A stretch of 64,000 nucleotides of DNA, from the NCBI GenBank assembly GCA_051530055.1, contig CM121342.1:7448691-7512690 (forward strand). Reading direction: 5' to 3'. A program made the translations under genes and the position numbers. The notes under the pieces are model-generated. The model saw only the letters and a program-made list of their open reading frames with translations, was not told where the DNA came from and did no database searches. This document shows positions 1 through 9,713 of the stretch, in pieces (position 1 is the stretch's first letter; every line of letters starts with the position of its first letter). This DNA is from Neoechinorhynchus agilis (lineage: Eukaryota > Animalia > Acanthocephala).

Positions 1-544
1 ATTCAGCATTTTATAAGTCGTTCAATCTCAAGAATGACTCAATTTTAGTAATTGAGCGATTAAAAACGCCTCCGTTGAGCGATGTGGAATGTAACGACAG
101 ACTTGTTCAGCAGCGAGAATGTTTCGCCCACGTAACTATTTATAAATGCTTCATGTCGAAAGGAATGAGAGGAACTCGAGGATGGTTTCGTTTGCGTTTC
201 CTGCTTTTTTTTCAGCTTGAGCAGATTCATATCGACACTGTGGTCGGCGTCTTTCCTTATCGAACAAAACAAATCTTAAAATATCGAAATGAATATCACG
301 ATAAATCCTTACACAGAGGATAAACATTACTATCCAGTGAGGGACACGGCTAGTTTTATGGACACGACCTCAACCCGCGACGAACTGGGTCGCCATTGAT
401 TCATTAAGTATATTATTTAGCATATTACTAAACATTGTTGGATTAAAAACATTCATGCACTGAATTTAAAAAGATCGGATAATTCCGACATTTCCTCAAG
501 GTTTGTCATCGAAAACATGAACATTAGAGCGTTATCCTACGGAC

Positions 545-760
545 CGGCAAATCATTGGACCAAACAGGGACTCGGCAAAAGTATCTCACAGAAATCATTC
601 GGTGAATCGTGGATATCAAATTGATTTTGATGGCGCTAACGTGTGACTAGCGTACAGCCATATTTACGAAATCGTTTGATAATGGAAGCCATCGAAATAG
701 GCTGCTCAGTTCAACCGATGGAAGGTAATAAAGCCAACACATCGGTTTGAAATCGCCAAT
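545..760 (+). mobile_element. Degenerate Penelope-like GIY-YIG C-terminal remnant
   Basis: Hand translation gives ..GYQIDFDGANV.. and ..RNRLIMEAIEIG.., like the GH.IDF..A.VL / R.I.EA..I end of PLE endonucleases; broken by stops. Confidence 0.4.
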
Positions 761-1104
761 GAAAAGGCAGTGGTACCATTTTTGCTGGAGTTTCACATGG
801 ACTTTGAGTCTAGGAACACGAGTTTGGCTCAAATATTGCCCGATAATATCTAGTCTACAGGATAACGCTATAATGTTCATGTTTTAAATGGCAAACCTTG
901 AAGAAATATATAAAATAAATCAGTGAATTTTAATCCATGATGTGGTATAACTACCAGAACAAAGTACATTTTCCCCAGAAGATAATAACCCAAGACATAA
1001 AGTAATCAACTCACTCGTTCGCTATCCTGGCAACTTTCGACTTTTCACAGGTCAGCATTTTGAATTGCTAAGGAAGCATTCAGTCAATATATTTTTTATC
1101 AACT

Positions 1105-1415
1105 ATAAAGCAAATTTAGAATATTGTAATGGATATTTAATGCTTTTATAATCACGCTTTAAACCTATACTTTATACAAAAGACAGAATAAATCATAATT
1201 AACCTGTAAAACCTTTGAGATTTGCATAAAAGCATTCCGCTGAGATTTTTACGTTCAAATTACCATTTGACTGGAATTACGATTATGTCAATGCGCTTTA
1301 GCTGGACAGTTTTGGGCTTTGTTGTCTCGACTTAACCTTCGTAAACAATATTTTACTCTAAAATTTCATAAAATCTGACATTTGTTACGAATACCAAAAA
1401 AAAAGGTTTCAAAGT
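1105..1415 (+). repeat. Dispersed block A, upstream of mucin genes
   Basis: Similar to about 21955-22300 and 28290-28560 (e.g. aagcattccgctgagatttttacgttcaaattaccatttgac). Confidence 0.85.
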
Positions 1416-1434
1416 CTACCATCTTCATTTCGGC

Positions 1435-2075
1435 TTATTTTGTTCGTCCAATTAATATTTTGCGAATCACATAAACATTTCATTGGAATCGGTTCGCAAT
1501 ATGTACTATTAGCGCTCGACTATCTCACGAATACCTTTTTGAAGTGTTTTGGACACAGAACTTTAGCTTCAATTCTCAATAACACTAACTAACTTGCAAC
1601 CTGATAAATGATTAATAAAGTTAAAAACAATTATAACTTAATACCGCCGTGCCCACACATTTGATATTTTTCAAATATTGGAACGTTTTACCAGAAGTAA
1701 AATAAAAACGAGCTTCAATTGCACTTCTTTAAATCTCGAATGAATTCGAAAGTTAATGCATTTAAGAGAACAAAGAATATATCTTCGAATAAAAGTTCTA
1801 TGACAATCGCAATTCATAAATTAATGGAAACGTACTTAAAAGATTAACGAAACCTTTTGTGCGCTGATTCCGTTTCGGTAGTATTTAAACAATCGACAGC
1901 CGTAAACTAGTTATAATTATTCGCATAACTCCCTAAATTTAGGCATGATTCAAATTCGATTTGCACTTGAAGAGAAAAGTGTTATTTAAAATGATAAATA
2001 GCTATTATTCCTTTTTAATTTTGTATTGGAAATGCACTTGTCATACAAGTAACTCAAAATTCGAGTTACAACTTA
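1435..2075 (+). repeat. Segmental duplicate block B
   Basis: Near-identical to about 20170-20805, from ttgttcgtccaattaat to aaattcgagttac. Confidence 0.9.
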
Positions 2076-2479
2076 AACAAATGCCGGGTTTTTATACAAC
2101 TCCTCAGTGATTAAACATTCTCGGAGCGCTCTTGAATAAGAGATTTATTGAAAATAGACCCATATTTCGAGCGCTGTTGACATCAGAATTTCCTAATGCG
2201 TACTGATGATCATCGTTGGTCTTCATTATCATTTAAATTGTTTTCTAGCTGTTTCAACAAATAATTAAAGCGTATTGAGGGGCATACGGAAATCACAGCG
2301 GAAAATCTCGCATGTTTCTTAGGACAAAGAGAAGACTTTTCAGAGAGCTAAAAGATAAAAGTTGTAATCTTAATGTAATCGCGTCCTCACATGGTTTTAG
2401 TTTCTGCATTGTAGTCGAAAAGTAAGACGGTGACTAGTTAAGATGGTACAGGTTATACCCACTTTTCCGATGAATTCTT

Positions 2480-2915
2480 TACGAAGTTCCTCCCGGGATT
2501 TCTACTTTAACTTGAAGATGAAAACTAAAGTGAATCAGCAATGAGCTCTTACACAGTGAGTTAATCTTAATCATTTTCTTTGATAATCCTACAAAACGAA
2601 AGGATCGACAAACTCCTTGTCAGACAGCATGAAATGCTTTTTCCACAAAGTCCATATTTTGTACGTTTTCAAAACGATGATAAATTAGGACTACATCGAA
2701 GGAAATCGATGTTTTAAATATTAACTTAGGCATACCGAGAGCACAAAAACCGAGGGCATAACCGATAGATTCAGGGTCAACAACCGAGAGCACCGAAGAG
2801 ACAGTAACCGAATGCACAATCTACAGATTACCAGAATCAAAAACCGAGAGCACCGAAGAGGCAGCAACCGAATGCACAATCTACAGATTCACAGAATCAA
2901 CAATCGAGAGCATCA
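2480..2915 (+). pseudogene. Mucin-family pseudogene: upstream region, exon 1 and short degenerate T/S/E repeats
   Basis: Exon 1 MLFPQSPYFVRFQNDDKLGLHR from ATG 2634 matches 22575; the intron donor is deleted (catcgaag-gaaatcgat), followed directly by degenerate accgagagcacc repeats. Confidence 0.8.
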
Positions 2916-3193
2916 ATGCATTCCTACTGATGAAGCAAAATAAAATTGAGGGTGCTGATTACTGGGCAGTTAGGTCCGTGAACTCTGGGACACCCATAAT
3001 GTACATGCTGGCCAAGGTACACAAATGTCCGAATTGGTTTGGCTTTATGCCTAAAAAATAAGCCGGACAAGAAAGGGATTGACTAAAATTGAATGATCAT
3101 AACATACCGGCTTGCCAGTAAAAAACTTAAAAAATAGAACACGGCACTATCCCTGAGTCGATGAACTGGCTGAGTTTGACATTTCGTAGTTGT

Positions 3194-3265
3194 GTCGAGG
3201 TGGTCAAATGGACTAATGCCCGGGATCCCGATTAGGGGTCAAGTGGTTCGAATGCGTTGCGGCCA
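3194..3265 (+). mobile_element. tRNA-derived head (SINE-like or pseudo-tRNA) within an insert flanked by about 50-bp direct repeats
   Basis: A box TGGTCAAATGG (3201-3211), D stem GTC/GAC, B box GGTTCGAATGC (3245-3255), ends in CCA; acceptor stem imperfect. Flanking repeats at about 3030-3090 and 3418-3475. Confidence 0.6.
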
Positions 3266-4774
3266 ATCACGCACAGCCAAAGGGGACGAAATACCGCTGA
3301 AGGTTGGAAACTCACTGATGAATCCAGCCTCCCCGGGACGTATCTGAGGATCCGGAGGAATGTACAAACTCTTAACCGTGCATTAGAGACTATGTAGTTA
3401 TATCACTTCTCTGATGTAATTGGTTTGGATTTATGCCTAAATAAATAAGCCGGACAAAGGGATAAACTAAAATTTAAAAGGTAGTATGCTCTGGAAAGGA
3501 CTTCATTGGCCGACTTAAGACATCGTGGGACTCGCGTTCCATCATGGTATCGGCTGATGTGGTTTCTTTATTCACAAATATCCCAGTAGATACTGCTATC
3601 GAACTGGCTATACCTATCCTACGGGCCTGTGATAATTGGAAGCTTTCGATCACTGATTGGAGGAAACTCTTGAGTATCTGCACCAAAATTTCGAACTTCC
3701 AATTTGAAGGAAGAGATTTTGATCAGGTGAATGGTGTAGCGATGGGCAGCCTTCTATCACCGGTGCTCGCTGAGTTATACATGCGCCAGTGGGAAGATAA
3801 ATACCTACCCACAATTCCTGGAATCTCATTATGGGTCCGATATGTGGACGACACATTTATTCTCCTTGATCGTTCTGCCTATGCCCCATGCACCTGCAGA
3901 ACTACCTCAACACTAAAGATCCACACACTCAATGGTCGACGGATGTCGAGACTGACGGTAGATTCAGTTTCCTTGATGTTGCGATAGAGCGTGCTGGTGG
4001 AGATGGATATAGGACTAAGGTTTATCGGAAAATTGATATTCCACATGGCATGGTCCCATGGATCTCCTCTCAACCACGTGAATATAAAATCTCCAGAGTT
4101 AGATCATTGGCACAACGAGCTTTTGCTTATTGCAGCTCGAGTACTGGCCTCGAACATGAACTTGATTTTATCTTGGATTTATCAGGACGGATGGGTTATC
4201 CGTTGAATCTGCATAGGAAGGTGATCAGGAGCGCTAGATTTGGGAGGCCGACAGTCGTGACATCTCGGATTAGGATCGTGTGTTTCTTTAGTTGCCGTTT
4301 ATTGACGATTCCTCCCATCAGAGTTTATCCAGAGTCCTATTGACAGGCCACCAGAGCAAACGTACGCTCGTCTATTCCAAACGAAGGAAGAATCTTCATA
4401 GCCTGATCTGTCCGAGCATTCGTGAAGGCCCAAATGGTGCGGTATATAGAATACCTTGTTCGGATTGTGATCGCTGCTATATTGGCCAGACAAATAACTT
4501 TGAGAGGAGGATGAGGGAACATCGCTATTCACTGAAGAAACAGGACACGAACTCCGCTGTGGTTTCCCACTCTCTGACTACGGGCCATAAGATCGATATT
4601 AACGACGGATATTTGTTGGTACTCAATGACCACAGGGTTGAGCGTGTTATTATCGAGGCCATGTTCATTCAGGGAGCCGATGCTTTCAAGGGAAACAAGA
4701 CAGATTATTCCCTAAAGTTGAGGATACCTCCGGATAAGAAAATGATGTTTCCAATTCCCTTTTCAGATAATTGA

Positions 4775-4808
4775 CTGAAGAAGCCCAACGTGATTGGACG
4801 AAATATTT
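4775..4808 (+). ncRNA. Hammerhead-ribozyme-like core at the PLE 3' end
   Basis: CTGAAGA, stem II (CCAA/TTGG), GAAA-TAT directly after the GIY-YIG ORF stop; stem I pairing not evident. Confidence 0.5.
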
Positions 4809-4899
4809 AGACTTCGTCGACATGTTCAGCTGGATTAAAGACTGAGTTTGCAGTTTCTTAAAGTGACTGCCCAACATAACTTGTTCTTCCTTAGTGTTC

Positions 4900-5385
4900 A
4901 TTTCATTCGTGAGTCCATATACGCAGTCAGAGTGCATTCTCTAGAGCCATCGAATCCAGAGGCACAAGGATGGAACAACATTCCTTCAGGAAGCAATACG
5001 AACCCAAAGAACCGGTTTTCGGGGTAGTTCCATTCATTAACGATCGATGGAACTCCGATGTGAATCCAATCCTGAGGTCGGATAACGGACGAACAAAAAA
5101 TGCATACCATTTTGCAGAGCCGGCAAGAAATTGTCCAGCATCGTTAATCAGTTAGCCAAGTCCATCTTGGAAGGCTGCGTCTATGAGAACTGCCCACAAG
5201 TCTACATTTGGCAGATTATCCACGACGCACGATTGGTGAGCATCGAAGCGCCTTTGAGCAAGAAACGGACCAAAGCTCGGCAGTGGTGAGTCACTCGACA
5301 TCAAATCACAAGGACACATTATAGTAAGGCACCCGGGCCTATCTTTTGGACATGAAGTCCGATGAGACGGACGAAATATTGAATT
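4900..5385 (+). mobile_element. Second Penelope-like 3' fragment in tandem
   Basis: PVFGVVPFIND linker; degenerate GCVY..C..VYI..GEH..SSAVVSH; ends with a GTCC/GGAC-GAAATAT hammerhead-like remnant (5351-5380). Confidence 0.65.
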
Positions 5386-5718
5386 AGTGAAATTAATCTC
5401 TATTTTCTCAATCACCGAAGAACACAAACCATTAAGGAATTAGACCCAAATCCAAACTTTCCATTGCTGGGATTGGTGGTCTTTAAACAATCTCTGCGAA
5501 TCGAGCACCATGTTGCTCCTGTGCCGAGCTGGATACTTAATGACATTTCAAGTTACAGGTTAAGAAACTATTCGAGTGTCACTTGTAACCTAGTAAATTA
5601 ACTGCAGCGACCGTACCCCTTCTACATTGAAACTTTTGTCTTAGTCGTACGATGTCGTGAATAAAACGGATTTACTCAAGTATGACGGATTGTTTTACTG
5701 TTGCGTTTCCGCGTACCT

Positions 5719-7740
5719 ATGATCATTTTGCTATTACTTGGAACGGTTTTGTTGTCTCTTGAACAAGGCATACAAAATCCCTTGCCGCCTCCCGGTTTAT
5801 TTCCTGATTTTGATGATACTGCATTCGAAGTGAATGCCATCAATGAAGAAGCCGAGCCTCAGATATTAAAATGTTCACTTTTGTTGCAAGACGAAAGCTA
5901 CGGAGCTGATATTTCATGTGCAAAAGGATCTCCTGGTATACCTTTGCCAATTGTATTCTCGATATTAAGGCGAAACTATCAAATTAAAAAACTCGTAGCT
6001 CATGGTTTGGGCATCTTTCAGCTTCCAGACAATTTAGGAAATTTTCTGCCTAACATAAATGATATTGTTCTGAAGAACACAGAAAAAACGGATACACCTC
6101 ACTCCTTGTCTCCTTCAATTATGGTGAAATTTAAGCATCTAAAACGTCTCACCTTGCAAGGTTTCGGTATTAGGAAGATTTTTTCAGAGGCGTTTGATGG
6201 TTTCCGAAGCTTGACTCATCTCACTCTCAGTGGAAATGAAATATCATTCTTCGGATTTGAATCGTACAAATATTTGACGGAGTTGGAGCACTTAGACCTT
6301 GCAAACAACAGTCTTAGAGACAACTGCATAAAATCGGTCGAACGGTTTCCTAAGCTAAAATACCTTGACTTGTCTCGTAATTTTTTGAAGCGCTTTGAAC
6401 CTTCAAAAGATAGCGCATTTTTGGCAAGTATAAGATATATAAAAATCGTGGATACTCCACTAGAATCTCTGAAACTAGAGACACTAAATGAAGCCTATAA
6501 CTTACAATCGCTGGAATTTTCATTTATAAACAATCCGGAGGATTTATTTCTAGGAAATTTACGTTTGCGCAAACTAGAAAAACTCGTGATGCATGGAGGA
6601 ACCGCGAAATATTTTGATCCATCCATTCTGCGGCATGTGGCGCCTGAAATCAATCATTTTGGTATAGTAGATTCTGAACTTGTAGAGGTTCCGCACCGAA
6701 CAAAGGGTACACGTGAATCGTTTCACTATTTAAACCTAAGAGGAAACAGGTTGACCTCCGTGAGTGCTTATTCTCTCTTACATTATAACTACTTGAAAGT
6801 TCTTGATTTGTCCTTCAATCGAATTGAAAGTGTTAACGAAGACACGTTTCGATTTATGAACCATTTATCTTGTCTTGATCTCAGTGGAAACGTTCTCCGA
6901 GATTTACCACATAATCTGCTACACCATAATCGATATCTGCGATCATTGTTAGTCGCTCAAAACGAACTTACGAGTATTCAAAGTGACCCCCGTTTCTGGG
7001 AATATGATGAGTTCCTCGAGGTAATCGATTTGTCTTGGAACAGAATCGTTGATTTGTACTTACCAGCGCACGGAAAAGGAAACGTATCGCAGTTTATAGT
7101 AAAAGACAATCCGCTCTCAAGGATTGTGGTCAACGCTACCCGTAGGGAGGATGCGCTTTCAATACTGACTTCATATAGACACCAAATCCCGGAGCCAACA
7201 AGAAAAGCTGCTAATCTTCTTGATCTCGATCCTCTTTCCCACAATTCAACAATTACATCCTTGGCTGCAAAGAAGATTCAAACGATCAGAGATGTTGACA
7301 AGTATCCTTATTTTGTAGAAAAAACGAATTCGCTGGATTTAAGTTTCAATGAAATCTCGTTTATATTTAGGCGAGACTTTTTGCAACTTTATGAACTTGA
7401 GTTTCTTTGTTTACGTAATAACAAGATTCAACGGATTCAGGAATATACGTTTTATTGGGCTCCTTTGATAAAAGTTCTTGATCTTGGCAACAATCGACTG
7501 GAGCAGCTCCATGTACATAACATGTTTTATAGTCTTGGGCAATTGATTTACCTTAGCCTTGAAAACAACAATCTTCGATTTGTCCATCCAAATGCTCTCG
7601 CTCCTCTGTTTAATCTTCTCGTCCTCGACATCTCTAAGAATCCCATTCGAGAATTCGATACTAAGCTTACAAGTGCAATGAAATCCATCGCAGAAGTTCG
7701 TGTTAACGGAACGGGCATTGAAGTGGTCATGGACTTTTAG
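5719..7740 (+). CDS. Secreted leucine-rich repeat protein, intronless, about 673 aa
   Basis: Uninterrupted ORF; hydrophobic N-terminus MIILLLLGTVLLSLEQG; many LxxLxLxxNxL repeats; no TM or TIR domain before the stop. Confidence 0.88.
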   Translation: MIILLLLGTVLLSLEQGIQNPLPPPGLFPDFDDTAFEVNAINEEAEPQILKCSLLLQDESYGADISCAKGSPGIPLPIVFSILRRNYQIKKLVAHGLGIFQLPDNLGNFLPNINDIVLKNTEKTDTPHSLSPSIMVKFKHLKRLTLQGFGIRKIFSEAFDGFRSLTHLTLSGNEISFFGFESYKYLTELEHLDLANNSLRDNCIKSVERFPKLKYLDLSRNFLKRFEPSKDSAFLASIRYIKIVDTPLESLKLETLNEAYNLQSLEFSFINNPEDLFLGNLRLRKLEKLVMHGGTAKYFDPSILRHVAPEINHFGIVDSELVEVPHRTKGTRESFHYLNLRGNRLTSVSAYSLLHYNYLKVLDLSFNRIESVNEDTFRFMNHLSCLDLSGNVLRDLPHNLLHHNRYLRSLLVAQNELTSIQSDPRFWEYDEFLEVIDLSWNRIVDLYLPAHGKGNVSQFIVKDNPLSRIVVNATRREDALSILTSYRHQIPEPTRKAANLLDLDPLSHNSTITSLAAKKIQTIRDVDKYPYFVEKTNSLDLSFNEISFIFRRDFLQLYELEFLCLRNNKIQRIQEYTFYWAPLIKVLDLGNNRLEQLHVHNMFYSLGQLIYLSLENNNLRFVHPNALAPLFNLLVLDISKNPIREFDTKLTSAMKSIAEVRVNGTGIEVVMDF

Positions 7741-7974
7741 AAAGAAAAGCATCTTGAACGTTTTAATATGAAGATTAAATTTTTTAACTAAATGACTTTA
7801 TATGTCTTTGAACGTACGAAAATTGGTAATCTCAATACCCATCACTTCACACAACTTTGCGTTTTAGTTGATACCATTCGATTGTGATTCTGATATCATT
7901 ATAATCGAACTTGCATATTGGCACACAATTAAGTTTCCGGCCCAAATTTTCTGCAGCGGATGCCATACTTTGCA

Positions 7975-8660
7975 TTTATGACACGACAATAATCCCTCTC
8001 ATTCTACTGGACTTATCGAAAGTTTTCGACACCACAGACCATTCACTCCTTCTCTAGGCCTGATCGGATTTTGATCTCAAATTATGGCACATCCGCTGGC
8101 TCGCCTCGTATTTTCACAATCGCAATAATACATTCACTGCCGGGCTAATTGGATTCGCATATCAAACTCCCCTCAAGCGCAATACCTTTAAAAATTACCT
8201 CCTCAAACGCCTCCGCCATTTAAGAATCCCTTCGCCCGATCTCTCCAAATTTTACTACTGCTTTATTTTACCCTCCCTCACCTACGGCTGTCCCGTCTTT
8301 TATAACCTGTCCAAATCACAAACCTGTCGCCTTGAAGAGTTTCATGGAAGATCCTATAAAATTTGCACAGTTGATTTTCAGATGCTCATAAAATAATCAA
8401 AGCACCCTTCAACCCTGACACCAATTATTTTTCCACATTTTGTTTCCCTTTTCACATGAGCACAACAGTCGTAATCCCAATTCCTTTCATCCTCCTTTAC
8501 CTCGGACCTACCTCTTCCTCCGCTCCTTTTTCCATGCCGCTCAATCTTCTCAGATATCAAGACCAAAAATGAACCTGAGGACAGCCCCAACTTAACAAAC
8601 TCTCCTTCAAAAAACCGATATTCCCACCCGACGGGGCCCGTAATCAACTCTGAAATACAC
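7975..8660 (+). mobile_element. Degenerate L2/CR1-like non-LTR RT 3' fragment
   Basis: LLDLSKVFDTTDHSLLL, IRWLASYFHNR, LTYGCPVF; related to 44540-45480. Confidence 0.7.
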
Positions 8661-8759
8661 AACAAGAATCAACAACCGTATTTTTTGAACAAATCACAAC
8701 TCGAGTTGATTAGGAGGGCCCAAAGGTATGTGGGTTCTATTCTTTGTTTATTAACATAT

Positions 8760-9250
8760 AAACGCGTGTAGAGTTTCGAGTAGTTCCTCGAAGTTTCGTA
8801 CATATGAGGTTGTCCTCTGAATTAGCGAACTGACAGCCATTGCCAAGAGCCGAGATATCCTGTATGCAGGTCCGTTAACGGCCGAAATTATCCGGCGGCA
8901 TTTTAATAAATTTGCGGCCGTTGTTGTGAACCATTGTGTACATTACTGGAATGATCAATGGTCCGCGTGTGAAGCCGCTCATACATCTCAGATTTCTAAC
9001 GGCAATCACTTCTCGAAGGGCACGATTCAGCTGCTTTCTCTTCGAATCGGTATAGTCTTTATCCTCTCGCTTGTACACACTATCATCACTCAATAGCTCG
9101 TCCATCATTGCGGATTCAACACTCCTCGGAAAACCATCCTTCGCGCCGACTAGGAAGCTCACACAAAGAGATGTTTTCCAGCTTCAAGTCGATATCGCTC
9201 GTTTGAGCTATCAGTTGCGAGTTAGTGCGTCGATAGAGAATAGCGAAAAT
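8760..9250 (-). mobile_element. Penelope-like RT N-terminal fragment
   Basis: ELLSDDSVYKR..KQLNRAL..GPLIIPVMY, then RPIISAVNGPAYRISRLLA..YVRNFEELLE. Confidence 0.7.
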
Positions 9251-9319
9251 GCGGCTTTGATGATCACGGATGATACCAGAGAATCGAATCAATTATAGAA
9301 GTCAAGACCACGTTTAGAA

Positions 9320-9713
9320 CTAGACCCATCTTTCCGGGTTCGCCTCGCTCTCCTTTGATACTCGCAGGTCTTGGTCGTCTTGGTGTCCCCGTGTTTCCTT
9401 TGTCACCTGAAACTCCCGGTGAGCCAGGATAACCTGTCTCCTGGAAATCCTTGAGCACCGGTAGGACCAGGTTGACCGTGAGGACCATTGGGTCCTGTTT
9501 ATCCTCTTTCACCTCGTTCGCCTGGAGGGCCCGAGAAACCGTCAGGTCCTGCAGGCCCAGAGACGCTTTGTTGTCCTGCTTCTCCCCGTGTGCCCTCAGG
9601 ATCGATCTGACCGGTCGGACCAGGTGGTCCAGTAGGAGCGATTGGTCCGGGTTCACCTCTTTCGTCAATAGGACCAGGTAGGCCATCCGTGCCAGTAAAA
9701 CCCATGGGACCAT
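9320..9713 (-). pseudogene. Collagen Gly-X-Y fragment, frameshifted
   Basis: GPMGFTGTDGLPGP..GEPGP..GPPGPTG..GPPGERGE and GYPGSPGVSGDKGNTG..KGERGEPGKMG spread over different frames, with some Gly substitutions. Confidence 0.8.

Larger units (their letters stand above)
2930..4830 (+). mobile_element. Penelope-like retroelement (RT + GIY-YIG), frameshifted and interrupted by an insertion
   Basis: TPIMYMLAKVHK (about 2990-3030); VSADVVSLFTNIP, GVAMGSLLSPVLA, WVRYVDDTF (3544-3870); FSFLDV, KVYRK; GAVYRIPCSDCDRCYIGQT..RMREH (GIY-YIG). Confidence 0.92.

Noticed and set aside
60-272. YVGET motif suggesting GIY-YIG on the minus strand
   Set aside because: No upstream VY.I.C..C or downstream R..EH; too short to call.
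3194-3265. Functional tRNA gene
   Set aside because: Acceptor and anticodon stems are poorly paired and it lies within an insert in a retroelement; treated as SINE-like.
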